Assembly: GCF_008831285.2 (NCBI RefSeq)
Contig: NC_045138.2
Coordinates: forward strand, 9,238,001-9,302,000
Reading direction: 5' to 3'
DNA length: 64,000 bases
From: Nymphaea colorata
Lineage: Eukaryota
Shown one piece after another: positions 1 through 14,100 of this stretch. The number at the start of each line of letters is the position of its first letter. Position 1 is the stretch's first letter. Under the pieces are notes generated by a model. The model was given only the letters and a program-made list of their open reading frames with translations, was not told the origin of the DNA and searched no databases. Position numbers and translations under genes: made by a program.

Positions 1-720
1 TAGTTTGGTATTTTTGGCAAAAGCATTCGCATTGATAACACTCTTGAGTTCAAGGCGTCTATCTTATTGAAATTTTAGCCTGATAATGGCATTCCGCCTC
101 AGTTTACTTGTTTCCATTCCTCCCAGCAAAATGGAGTAGTTGAGCGAAAACATCGACAACTTTTAATGTGACGTGTTTCCTAATGCTTCATATTCATTTA
201 TCTTCATATTTTTTGGGGAGATGTCATCCTCACTGGCTGTTACTTGACCAACCGTTTACCCTCATCCTCCATTGACAACCATGTTCCCATTAAACCTGTG
301 CACCCACAACGACTGTTGTTTTCAATAGCTCCCAAAATATTTGGTTGCATATGCTTTGTTCACATCCTTGGACTTACACGTGATAAATTGGCTGCTCAAA
401 TAATTAAGTGTATCTTTATTGGCTACTCCAGAAACATAAAGGTTATAAATGCTTTGACCACTTGACTCAAAAGCAGTATATCAATGCAGATGTCACATTT
501 TTTAAGTTTCAGTTTTATTATAGTCCCTCCTACATCTACCTAGATGCCATAATCATATGACCCACTATCTATCTGATACCGAGCAGGACCAAACCCGTCA
601 TGTTCCTGCCTCAGGTTCCACCTCCATGCTTCAGTACAGATCATGAGTCTTCAACTGTGGAATCCCCTGCAGATCTGGAGCATAGTCGAGATGAGGTGCC
701 TCTACGTAGATACTCGAAGC
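1..720 (+). mobile_element. Degenerate Ty1/copia integrase fragment (same family as 22187-28291)
   Basis: [32 protein letters not shown] motifs with stops and frameshifts; closely matches the reverse complement of 25330-25930. Confidence 0.85.
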
Positions 721-746
721 ACACGAAGTGACCACTTCATTTTAAC

Positions 747-900
747 CCCGTATCGTACGATACGCGTGTGTATCGCCCGTATCGTACGATACGTTTCCCG
801 TATCGCACGATATGGGTGATACGCGTGCGATACGCATGCGTATCGTGTACAAAACATGTATCGTATCGTTTTCGCGTATCGTACGATACAGATAACATTG
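747..900. mobile_element. One end of a hAT-type MITE (CGTATCGTACGATACG-rich), related to 6325-6988
   Basis: Ends GTATCGTACGATACAGATAACATTG, the reverse complement of the start of 6325-6988 with one mismatch; the opposite end was not found. Confidence 0.65.
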
Positions 901-1168
901 GAGGGGTCTGTATAGCTTAAAAAATGCGTTGGTCAAGAGTTTATAGGGTTCAAGCATATGTATTTATGATTTATCAAAATGATTGTAAGGAAATTACCTG
1001 CTGCCAGCAGCCCTGGACAGATGCTATTTTTGCCTGTCTATTTCTGTCTTCTGAAAATTATGTTGCTAAAGTGAATCATGCCAAAGTAGAGTGGTGATGT
1101 CATACACAAATTGGTGCCAACTTTATAGAGCTGAAATTGGAAATGTATAAACTATAATCCCTTTAGAA

Positions 1169-1730
1169 CTATGTCACATAGGTACAGGTATGGGTGCCGG
1201 TATGGGTACCGGTGCGGGTACGGGTACAGACCATTTTCAAAAAATTTAGGTGCAGGGGTACGGCACGGTTCATAAATCATGATCCAAAACACAGTGTGGA
1301 AGTAATTAACATACAAATATTTCAGCTTTCTTGATAAACAAGTCCCAACTCAAGCCATGGTTAAAGAGGAAATGCTAAACAGGTAAATAGAACATGCTAA
1401 ACAAGTCAAACTGTAAAACAGTAAAATTCGGTGCAGGCTGCAGCCAAAAATTACTGATTTAATCATTTTAATGATAAAAAAAACATAACAGTTAGAACAG
1501 AAACATAGCATTGTGGCCTATAATGCTATTTTTCTGTTCTAAGTGTATCTATAGCAGGCTTGGCGGCACTCATGAGCCAAGAGTGGCTGTTTGGTGGAGT
1601 CTTGACGACCGAAATTGAACCCGGGTACGTTGACCGTACTCGGTACCGCGTTGACCGCATTAGAGGCGCACCCACGGGCGTACCGGTGCCCGTACCACTC
1701 CTCCTTAAGAGGAGTACCCGTGTGACATAG
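1169..1730. mobile_element. hAT-family MITE (CTATGTCACA TIR family)
   Basis: TIR CTATGTCACA/TGTGACATAG; perfect 8-bp TSD CTTTAGAA at 1161-1168 and 1731-1738; GTACCC subterminal repeats. Confidence 0.92.
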
Positions 1731-2522
1731 CTTTAGAAGCACATATTTTACGAACCAATGGTTATGAATATTTGACAAACTAAATTAATGTCTTCCTTCA
1801 TCTCTTTGGTTAAAAGTTTGGATTCTGGAGCCCTACTGGTTGTGCTCATCCCTCATGATCACCTAGACGCAAAAGTACTTGCAACCATGAATTGCAGTCA
1901 TTATTGTAGCTAATGCTCCTGAGTTTTTATGTCATGTAGCTAGAATGAGTTTATTCTTGTACAATAAGTGTAATAGTGCATCACAAAATGCTTGTTTTAA
2001 CCTGTATGCATAAACATATATTCGGAGGTATTTCTGTGACCAGCCATTAGGGCTTTAGTAAACTGTTTTGTCTTTTAGCACATTCTCTCACCCGTATAAA
2101 AGTGCAACCATAATTTAATCAGGATATCTTCTTCTCCTCATGAAACCTTAAAAAAGGCTAATGAATAATTTTGTAATCAGTTCGCAGAAGTTGTATCTCT
2201 ATTAAAGAAAAGGACAATTCACGCGCTACTGTCTTCTGATATTTTCATGTTTCAATGGTAGGATATTCTCTATGAGATATTTAGCTGTTTGATAATTTCT
2301 TCTGAGCACTTCGAAACCCTTTGTGGAATCCGATGGGTGTACCTGGTTTAAAATCTACATATTAAATTTCTTTAAGCTATCTGTTTTTAGATCGAAGCAC
2401 TTATTTATGTGTTTGTTTTTGCAGTCATACATTTTCACTTTAACATTGTCTTTTTGGTAACATTAGTTCTTTTGTTGATAAACTTTCTCCTGCTATTTAG
2501 TGGTCAGTAATCTTTGTTTCAG

Positions 2523-5122
2523 GTTAAATCAAAACTTAGTATTGTTGCCTCGTACATTGATGCTACTGAAGGCATGGTTACACATGGATGGATCGCAAAA
2601 ATTGAAAAACATGGATGCCTTGTGAGATTTTATAATGGAGTTCAAGGTTTTACCCATATGTAAGGAAATAAAAAATGCATCTGTTGAATTATTTTAATTG
2701 CTTTTCTGCCAAATTTCATGTAGGGATAGTCTATATACATGCTCATAGTTGGTAATATTTATTGGACAACTTGGATTAGTTTTGTTGTTCTAAAGTTTAA
2801 GCATGTAACCATGTGACATTTTGTACGATCCCAAGCTAGGTTATCATTGAGCGAACAAATGTAAACATTTAAAAGCATTTCTTATTTATTACAAAATCAG
2901 TGTTTATCAAGTAGAGCTAGAGATAGACACAGGACAATAAGATTCCTTAAGTTGCAAGCTATAATGATGAACAAATAACTGAAGCATATTAGCAATTCAG
3001 TATATGTGTAAAAAAGCACTTCATCTAGATACGGTGGTCTATCGGTGTTAATTTCCTTCATCAATATAATACATATTGTATGATCATACAACCCTGACTG
3101 AAGCTGTTACTGAGGAGTATGTTTCCACAAAAATCTCATACTTTGTCATCAATAGTTTTTGTGGAAAGTAGTTTTCCGTAACAATATGATCTCTGAATTG
3201 ATAAGCAAATCTATGCAATCACAATCAATGACTATAGCTATAGATGCCTCCTCAATGTCAATCTGATCATATGCAACAACGTTGAATCAAGTCTAACTTT
3301 TCTTTTCCTTAAATTATCAACAGCTATTATGAATCAGATCAAGCAAAATATACACACACACAACTGTTTTCAGAATTTTTGAAGTTCTTTTTAAATTTTT
3401 CTTTTGTGAATCCAACTGTATGAATGCATTTTTCATATCCAGAAGTGTAAGTTTCTAGATAATAAAATATCTGATGGACAGGCCAGATTCTGGAGTTACT
3501 TTAGAATCAATTTAGCTTCATGAACTCATAAAATTCAATCAGACAAAAAAAAAGTTCAGATATTATAGTCTAACTGATTATATTTTAAAAAAGTGCTTGA
3601 GGTGCTGGATGCAGTGGATGTTGCATTTGGAGATTACATAACCTAAGAATCCACACTGAAACACCCATATATATAATTTATTTGTGTATGTATGTACTTA
3701 TGTATTTGTGTATGTGAATGCTTGTTCACTTTTTTCTGAGGTTTAACATTTAATGCTTCTCTGTTATGTTTTTCTATGCTTTTGTTTTGATTCACTATGT
3801 TTGCTTAGTTGAATTGATATCCTTTAAAATTTTTGTTCTCTATCAGATCTGAGCTTGGGATCAATCAAAGCGAGATTGACTCTTGTTATCATGTTGGTCA
3901 AGTTGTAAAGTGCAGAATATTAAGTGCTAACCCTGCTTCTCGAAGAATCAACCTCAGCTTTAAAATGTCTTCTGAAAGGTTTGGAAGTCTAGGATTTTAT
4001 CTACTTGAAATATTGTTGGATCTTTTGGAGCAAGGCCTCACATTTTTGCCTTCTTGTTCTATTATAGTTTGACTTCATAAATAATTTTTATGGGAATCAA
4101 AATTACAACTTTGTCACGTATTGTAAAAAATAAAAATTATTAGCCGTTGCATGTGTAGTTCTTGCAACCTTTGGGGATGAAGTTTTACCTTCTCTAAATA
4201 CTTGTCCAGTATAATGTCGTTATTTTCTGTAATTACTGGAAGGCTTCAAACTCTCTGTTGTTTACTTTTCCAATGCGACCAATAGTAATGTGGCTTCAGT
4301 CCCTTTGAGGCACCTTTGCTTTGACATAATACGAGATTTACTTGGTAATTTTTGAAAAGGATCACTGGTGTTAGAGGTCCATGAAGTTGAAGATATGATA
4401 GGCATATGACTGGGGAAGTGATGAATATCAGGAGTATGGCATACGTTTTATTTTGTCTTTACAATGTTTGAAAAATGTGGTCCAGGAATGGGTGTATGTC
4501 CCCAGTTATCCTCTATGGCCCTAGATGACAGTGTCCTTATGGTGGTTACCAACAAAAATTGCACTGTACTAAAAGTAAAAACTACTTATAAATGGTCAGT
4601 AGAAAATCTGATCTCATTCTCATGTACCGCTGTTCGTTTTCCTAAGTAAATGGGAAATATTCAGGGTTCCATTGCATTGGTGTGTTTGCAAGAGTTGTTT
4701 GTACATGGTGGAGGCTTCCACTAGCTAGAGAACTTCTCAAGTCAGTCATTCTTCTGTGTACTACTTAGTTCTGGATAATTTTAATTTTGGTGGTATTGTT
4801 GCAGGAGAATTATGGTTGATATTCCTGAGTTGGGTAGCATTGTCTCTGGAGTTGTTGGGCAATTATCTCCTTCTGCTATTATAGTACATGTGAATGGAAA
4901 ATCAGATCTAAAAGGAACCATTGCAATGGAACACTTAGCTGATCACCTTAGTATGTACTAGCTGGTTAAAGATGTTTCTTAACTTGTGAAAACTGGAAAA
5001 TGTTGTAGACTATTCTTGTGCTTATGTTTTGTGCTTTTCTTCTTGTATATGTATAGGCCATGGCAGTCGACTGAAGGCTCTCATAAAACCTGGATATGAA
5101 TTCAAGAAGCTTCTTGTTTTAG
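2523..5122 (+). CDS. RRP5: RRP5 exon cluster 1 (4 exons, S1 domains)
   Basis: GT-AG bounded exons 2523-2659, 3847-3978, 4805-4950, 5057-5122 read [11 protein letters not shown]...[12 protein letters not shown]...EHLADH...[11 protein letters not shown]. Confidence 0.9.
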
Positions 5123-8100
5123 GTATGCTAACCTTATTCTCCCAGCAGAAATGAGATTGGTCTTTCAAAATTAAGATTTTTCTCAGGAGGTTTCTTTCAA
5201 AATTAAGATTTTTCTCAGGAGGTTTCTTAAGTTTGTCTTCTTATGTTCCTGTTCTATTCCCCTGCTTGCTTTACTAAAGGAAAAGTCAATTTTTAAATGC
5301 ATGCAAAAGTTTCACTTGATTATGCTTTTTCTTTTTCCAGAAAAAAGGCCACTTTTGCTGCAAAATGAGTCAGCAAAGCATTTTTCTATGTTTCCTGTCA
5401 ATCTAAACTTTTGAATCACGTGACAGCTGTCTTTCATTATGAGTCTGTTGCCTGCTTTTAGCTTTCTCAGACTTTCAGTTTCTTATCTTAATATAGAGGT
5501 TGAAAAATTAACTTAATTGAGGCTAAAAGGCTATTCTATTTGTTGCTGTATTTTTTATATGTGGAAATTATCGGTGACCTTGTACATATATGATAGTACA
5601 AGTGAAGGTGCATAGTCATCCTGGAACGAGAAGTTCAGGTTATGCTCTTTTATTGTTGCATGACTTTTTTGGTGCTTTCTTTGGCTGTGAAAAGCCAACA
5701 AATGAAGAAGATGCTGTAAGATTTTGATTTCTAATACCAAACCACCGCATGAAGTTTAGATGCAAGAGGAGGAAGAGAGAAGTGGGCTGCATGTCCAAGC
5801 AAGAGAGAGATGAAAGAGAGCAGCAACAAATGACGTATGCCTCTTGTTATCATTATATACTAATCACGATTTACGGTACGTCATAAAATACACAAAATAG
5901 CAATAAGATTTACAAGTATGCCATCACTCATTGATGTGTTGGGCGTGTGGATCAAATGGGTCGGGTCTGGGTTACCTGATCCATATGTACAAACTTAACC
6001 GCCCCCCTCAAGTTGTGCATAGGGTTTGATCATGCGCAACTTGTTCTTCAATTCCCAGAAATGGTGCCCTGTGAGTCCCATGGTAAAAAGATCAACCACT
6101 TGTTCAGACGTGGATATATAAGTGGGAACAATCTTGTCTTTCGCAACCTTTTGGCGAATGAAGTGTTGATCAATCTCTATATCCTTAGTGCGATTATGTA
6201 GAACAGAATTGAAGGCAATCTTGATCGCGCTTTGGTTGTCACAAAATAGAGATGACTGAGCAATGGGAAGAGAAAGTTCCCCAAGCAGATGACGTAACCA
6301 TGAAGCTTTAGCTGTGCCTGTAGCCAATGTTATCCGTATCGTACGATACGTATCGTATAGATCACTTTGACCTATACGATACGTATTCGATATTACGATA
6401 CTGGTTAAAACACAAAATTTTTTATTTTTTAAAGTTTAAACACTCCTCCCTCTCTCTCTTCTTGTATCTAAAGACTTGAAGAGACGTATGAGGGAGAGGT
6501 TTTGCACATTTTTATAAAAAGTAACCAAGGATTCATCGATTTGGGAGATATTATCGTTAAATCATGAAAGATGATAGCTATATGTTTTGAACTTATAAAA
6601 TTGTGTTGTAATCTAAGTCCTAAAACTCCAAGTCCTAAGACTCTAAGTCTTAAGATTCTATAAAATTTTCAAGTTTAAAATTGTGATGAATGCTTATTAT
6701 GTTATTTTGAATATCTAATTTCTTATTTTTGAATGTGTTGTTGATACACATGAATGTTCCTTATGTATGAAGATCTTTTTTATATTTGAATACATTTTTC
6801 TTGATTATGATTTTTTGTTAATTTTTTCAGATTTTTAATAATTTTTCTCTATTTTTTCTGATTTTTAAATATGTTTTAAAATTAAAAAATTAATTTTACG
6901 ATACGCTACGCTACGTTTATAATATGTTACGATACAAGTATAGGTCGGCCCGACCGATACGCGATACGCTACGCCTTTTATAACATTGCCTATAGCCATT
7001 GCCCTATATTTTGCCTCGATGCTAGATCTGACAACTGCACGCTGTTTCCTGCTACTCCAACAAATAAGGTTGGAATCAAGGAAGAGACAATAATCGAAAC
7101 TGGTCGTCTATCGTTTGGATCACATGCCCAATCTGCATCAGTATAAGTGGAAATGTTGTGGCCAAACAGTTGACTGTCTTGTGTAGATGAGTCCATCCCC
7201 AAGAGTAGCCTTAAGATAACGCAAAATACGTTTGGTAACATCCATATGCCCTTCTTTGGGTGCATGCATAAACCGAGAGACTTGATTCACAACCTATACT
7301 ATGTCTGGGCGTGTAAAAGTGAGATATTGCAACTTGCCAACTATACTCCGATAGAAACTAGGATTTGGGTAGGCATCAATCCCATCAGATGCATATAATT
7401 TTGTGTTGAGAACATTAGGTGTATTTATGGGCTTGCAACTTGTCATACCTGCCCTATCCAAAATATCAAGAGTGTATTTATGCTGTGCTACCTTTTCTAT
7501 CAAGCTCAACACCCAAGAAATACCGTAGCTCGCTGAGATCCTTCATCTTAAATTCTTGTTGCAATACCTCCTTAACATGGGATATATGACATGAAGAGTT
7601 TCCAGTTTGAACTATGTCATCTACATATATAAGTAGCCAAGTGGTAACTTCACCTGAATGATAGATGAATAAGGAATGATAAGTGAACTTTTGAAGAAAC
7701 CAGCCTGTTGTATATGGAGGGAAAATCTAGCGAACCATGAACGAGATGCTTGCTTAAGCCCATACATTGATTTTTGTAATTTGCACACCCATTTGGTTAG
7801 ATCATTGGAAACATATCCTGGAGGTTGTTCCATATAAACTTCTTTCTTTAGAAACCCATTTAGAAAAACCTTTTTAACATCCAACTGATATAAATTCCAA
7901 CCATATGAGACAACAAGAGAGATGATAACTCGGATCGTTCCCATCTTGATGACTGGACTGAAGGTCTCATCATAATCTTCCCTGTACTGCTGAGTGAAGC
8001 CTCTAGCCACGAGTCGAGCCTTATATTTATCAATGCTTCCATCAGGTTTATACTTGAGTTTGTAAACCCATTTTGAGCCCACCACATTCTTACCATTTGG

Positions 8101-11096
8101 ACGAGGAACAATCTCCCATGTTTGACATTCATTTAAGGCAGCCATTTCTTCATTCATGGCCTCGATCCAATGTTTGCTTTTGCACGTTTGCTCATAGCAT
8201 TATGGCTCCACCTTTTTGTTCAATTTTGTCATGAAAAGCTGAAAATCGAAAGAGAAATTACCATAACTTACCCATCTATCAATAGGCTGCCGCTCACGTT
8301 CTGATCTACGTGGACAAGTAGTGACAGTTTCTGGCCCCAATCCACTCAAAGCATGCTGTACCTTGTCCTTGTCACTGACTGGATGCTCTATGATGGCAAG
8401 CTGATCGCTGACATTTTTGATCTTTTGTATATATTCCAAGACTGAACGTGTGCGTCGCTTAATATCCTGAAATTGGCTCTTGAGTTGTAGAAATCTCGCT
8501 TCTGATACTTGAGAATACGTGGTAGCAAGTACATTCCACAACTCAAGTGCTGAAAGATCATCATCAACACCCGCCAAAACTTCCTTTGATAGTGTGGAGG
8601 TGATATAAGCAACAAGAGATTGATCATGAGCCATCCACATCTCATATTCAGGATTGATTTCTGCAATGGTCTCTTGAGCTTGCCCTGCAGCATTCTTCAC
8701 CTCTCGCATAAATTAGGGCAGATGGTAGGGTTAGGGCAGAAATTTGGGGATTAGGGTTAGGGCAGAATTTGGGGATTAGGGAAGAAAATAGAGATTTGAG
8801 GATTAGGGCATAAAAGAAACAAAGATTAGGGCAGAAATTAGAGATTCGTACCGAACATTCTTAGTGGCAAAACCTGCTCTGATACCATGTAAGATTTTGA
8901 TATCTAATACCAAACCATCAAATGAAGTTAGATGCAAGAGGAGGAAGAGAGAAGTGGGCTGCACGTCCAAGCAAGAGAGAGAGATGAAAGAGAGCAACAA
9001 CAAATGACGTTTGCCTCTTGTTATCATTATATACTAAGCACGATTTATGGTACATTATAAAATACACAAAATAACAATAAGATTTACAAGTATGCCACCG
9101 CCCATGATTTGTTGGGCGTGTGGATCAAATGGGTCGGGTTTGGGTGACCCGATCCATATATAGAAACTTAACAGATGCCAAATTGCCAATAATACATACT
9201 GGAACTTACAAGTCTGAACTGTTTCAATTCACCTGGAATGGGAGGGAGTAGCTTTTGCTTCCTACAAGCAAAGAAGTCAAAAATTTGGTGCCTTAGATTT
9301 CCTTTTTGATCAGTGGCAACTGCTGCATTCATTTTTCTTGTTTCTAGTAAAAGACTTGACTGGTTCGTTATTGTGTCTAAGTAGCCATGGTAGTTGGTTC
9401 TCGGCCGACTGGTCTGTAGGCCAAATAGCTGGGTATTAAAGCTAGAGGTTAGTTGTTGACTAACCTGACTAGTTCTTTGCCATTGTCACCTCTGTCACAT
9501 GGGTTCCTTTGTTTAGGTGAAGTACCTGTGTTGACACGGGTACAACATGGGTACGGGTACTCCCTTTGACATGGCCTGGACAAAGTCAAACCTGTGTCGG
9601 TTGCAGTCAATGCAGCCACGACTGTATCCATCGTTTTTTAGACTTGGTCAAAGTTGACGAAGTCCATTTTTGTCCACTAATTAAGTTTTCTTTTAAACCA
9701 TCATGTATATACAATAGAATGAAGAGCCATTAACAAACACTAAAGGGCTGTTCATGTTCACTGTGGTGTAGCTCACTCTTCAGCAGGATTTTCTGGTGAT
9801 TTTAGTTTTCTTTAATAGAACTTGTTATATTTTTTTGTTTGCTTAAAAGCATATTTTTTGTTAATATATATACGCATGTGTGGATATGTGTATGTCAGTG
9901 TCTTTGTTCCCCAATTTTTTCAAAGTGCCATGCACCCATGGTTGTTCTGGAACCCGTACGGCCGCCACTGCTCCTATGTAACATAGATTGTCACAAATCT
10001 TTGTTCTTGGCTGTTCACAGATTTTCTTATTTGAAGTTTTCTTTTTCTCAAAAAATCTGATAATTTTCAGAACGAAAACTTAATCTTAATAACTAGAGAA
10101 AATAAAATAAATATAAAATATTCTTCATTTCCTCTGGATTTCTTCTTTCTTTCTTCCTTTCCTTACTTTTGCTTTCTTTCTTGCTCCTGTTTTCTCTTCC
10201 ATCTCCTGTTTTCCTTCCTTTCTCCTCTCTCTATTACAGTCAGCTGCACCTGGCACTGATGCACATTTTTTCTTCTTCTTTTTTCCTTTCTTCTTTCCCC
10301 TTCCTCCATGTTGCAGTCAGTTGCTGCATCTTCCTACTGCATACACAAAAGTCTTTTCCTTCTGGAACCAATAATTCTAGGAGCTTATGAGGCTTTAACT
10401 GTTTCAATGCATGAGCAATCAAACCAGGACTTGTGTGCCTTACGGATTTGCTTCTTGATCAATGATAATTGCTGCATTATTTGCTCATCTAGTTAAAATC
10501 GAGACTATTCGATCAATGTATCTAACTGGTTGCGCTAGTTAGTTTTCAACCAACTAGCTTTCATCAAAGTCTCATGCTAGTTGTTGACTAGGGTGACCAT
10601 TTTCATGAATGCGGTTTCTTGGGTTTTTGTGCAAGGTTCTTCTATTTTTGCTTTTTTCATCTTTATCAAATGGAAAATTTAAAGAATCTTCATTAGAAGA
10701 TCCAAGAAATAAACGTAATATGTTCTTTCGGTATTTTTGTGTCCTTTTCTGCAGAAACATCTTGTTTCCCTCTAGCTTTTTCCTTTTCCTTTTTTTCTCC
10801 TTCATTCTTTTTTTTTTCTTTGCATTCCTTCTCTTTGCTGCTCCTTTTTCCTTCTTCTCTTTTCCTCCCTTTCTTCCCTTCTTACTTCCTCTTTTCTCTA
10901 TAACAGTCAGCTGCGCTTGGCACTGGATGCCGAATTTGTTTTTCCCTCTTATTTTTGTCCTTCATTAATCTCTTCCTTTCTTCTTTCCTCTTCTCCATGT
11001 TTCAGTAATGTTAAATGCCGCACCGCATACTCAAAATTGTTTTCCTTCTTTTTTTCTTACTCTGCTCCTCCTTTCTTGATTGTTTTTCCTTTGAAA

Positions 11097-11174
<78 letters not shown>

Positions 11175-14100
11175 CATGTAGTGTTTTTCTTTTAAAATTT
11201 TAGAAACTTGCGAATGTTAATTTTTTTAAAAAATTGCAAATATTTGATAATGTTTTTTGTAAATAGATAGTGGGAAACTCATGATTTCGTAGTCTTTTTT
11301 TTCTATTGATTAATTTCTGAGATTTTATCAATGAATCACAGATTGATCATTTTGAAACCACAGAGTGTGACAAATGATAGTATCGGCACATAACAATTGC
11401 CTTTTACTCTGAGATATCCATCTAATCTTTTCTTTTTTACTAAAATCTTCTCTTGTTTTATTCAGATAAGGACTCAAAGAGAATGCTTCTTTCCGCAAAG
11501 CGTTCCCTGATTTCATCTGCTGATCAAATTCCATCTGACATCTCTCAAGTTCAATCTGGTTCTGTCATACATGTGAGAATGTAGTAGATATACTTTCTTT
11601 TATGTTTTCAATAATTATGTGGCTTTTGTTTTGCAATGGTGTAAATTCATGATTGATTATCACTGTTGTTGTTATTATCTATTGGTCTGTGAAACTAGGG
11701 CTACATTTGCAATGTAATTGAGAATGGTTGCTTTGTCCGCTATCTTGGTCACATGACTGGATTTGCTTCGAAAAAGAATGTAAGTATCTACGATCATTTT
11801 GATTTTTTTTTCTCTCTGTTCCTCTTTCAGATTGAGGATTAACTTGTCTTTGCCTTGAAGGCACTTGATGACCATGGTGGCAGCGTGACTGAATGCTTTT
11901 GCATTGGACAATCAGTTCGAAGTCATGTTCTTGAGGTTACTTTTTTTTTTCCAGATTTGTCAGCGCCTCTGTCTCATGTGCTCATAGTTAATTCATATTT
12001 CAGGTTAATGCTGAATCTAGGAGAGTAAAAGTCTCACTGAAACAATCATCATGTTATTCATCAGATGCATCATTCATGGAGGAATACTTTCATATGGAGG
12101 ATGAGGTTGACATTTGTTCTTTCAATGCAGTTCTAGTAATCCAATTCATTTGGTTTCTCTTCTTTACTGTTTGATATTGTATGACAGTCCATTATGTCTT
12201 CTATAGTAGTATTGTTCATACTGCAGTTGTTTTCTTTTTTTGGTGAACTTGGAATGACAGTTGGGTGATTGATATATGTTGATGATGGGGCAACTTAGAA
12301 GCATAGGACAGTTTAAAAAAACAGTTAATGAAACTTAAGGAAAATGCCACCAACAAAGAAAAAACAGAAGTCGTTGCAATGTTAGTGTCTCACTGTCTTG
12401 CAATTTTTTTGTAGATATCTTTTAAAAAACGTTTATTGAGTATATTCTAAACGTTTTTTTAGTTTTTTAATATTTTAATAATAAAATGTATCATTTTTTT
12501 GAGAAAATTCTTTGAAAGCTTATAATTTGCTAAGTTTGCTATTATATGTATATTTCAAAATTTTTTAAATTCCCAAGATTTTCCTAAGAAGAAAATTTAT
12601 CATTAATGCCTGAGAGCAACCTTACCAATAAGAATTGAGAACTATGTTTTGTGACTACGCCACTACGGTCACTGCATTTTCTCCAGAATCAGTTTTCATT
12701 GAAATAATTAGCTTTACATGTGTTTCCTACTGATCTCAAGTTTATTCAAACGATGAAGAAACCTTACAGCTTACTCAAAAACCAAGAGCGTTCTTGGTGC
12801 AATTTTTTTTCTTATGATTGCACTGTTGTCATAGAAGATATGTGCCATTACCATTGTCTGATACGAAAAGAAATGCAAGATGGAATCTCAAGATCCCTGT
12901 CTCTGCTTTTTTAGAGTTGTACTAAGGGTAGTACACATCAGTGTTGGCTTGGTGTTTCTTCGGAATGTTAAAGGGGATATATCTCTTTCTTTTCATTATC
13001 TAGCGCCTAGTTTAGAGTCCCTTGTCAGTATTTATGTTCTTTCAATTTGTATTGTGGAAGGTTTTATTTATTTCTGTTCCTGGACTGTTGGCTATTTGAA
13101 GATTGTCATAATGTGTGGTGTCTGTGTGTACACTTCCCAACACAAAGCTCCTTTATAAAATACTTATAATGTTCTAACTTATAAGCATGCTGGTGGAGAG
13201 TGCTGGAAGTTTGGTAATGATCATGATCCTGAACTATGTAATATGATCATGCCTTCAAACGGCCCTGCACCAGTGTTGACACGCATGTGCACAACATGGC
13301 TTAGACATGACAGACGTATTTTCTTTCTTGGGTCTTTTTGGTATTTTTTTGTTTACTAATTTACATTTTATGAATATAAGAATGAATATATGTATTTGTT
13401 AAAATGCCCCACAACAGTGTCTGCCCATGTGACATAGATCTTAAACTAATGACTTGAATTCAAAATGGGAAGTTCCATTGCCTTTTGAGTTGTGAGTGCT
13501 GAGAAGTATGAATAGCATTTGCAAATGAAAAGTCATTTGTATGAAAAAATCTTTCCTACTTGCCATGCCAATAGGTGGGCTGGTAAGTGGCAATGAAGAT
13601 GTTTTTTTTTCCTCTAATCATCCAAGGTGGATTGGACATTTGATTACCATGCGGACCAGCATTGTGATTCTATTTGTTAGCCTTCAAAAGCATGCTAGGT
13701 ATAATCTTCATCTCTTGGTCGTCGAAATTTTTGGGTTCAATCAACATAAGTGGCACAAAATCTGCTGAGTTCCTCCCATGATACTGTATTGGTGGTCTTA
13801 GTCAACCACTCTATTGATTCAAAATTCAGCAGATGGTAGATTCAGTGGGCATCTCTGCAATTACTTGTCTCAAGGACATAAAAATTGCTAGCACCATTGG
13901 AGAATTGTTGATGATCTGTGGATCAATAGTTCAAATTGTGAAGAGCATGAGAACCACATTGTTTTGTTAATACTACTATTATTGTACAATTAACTGTGTT
14001 ACTTTGATTTCTGCATCTCTGTTCATTACCATCAAACTCTTTGAACAGTTTTGGTAGTATTTTTTGCATAGAATGTTCCCAAGAGGCCAAGATAAAGTTT

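Noticed and set aside
3000..4440. Faint copia RT/RNase H traces at ~3000-3330 (-) and ~4310-4430 (+)
   Set aside because: Too degenerate to delimit or support by eye.
8713..8831. Interstitial telomere
   Set aside because: TTAGGG units are scattered within a retrotransposon leader repeat, not a tandem TTTAGGG tract.
10917..11203. ORFs with YIYIYI runs (also near 27000, 36700, 44900, 49000)
   Set aside because: These are translations of (TA)n microsatellites.
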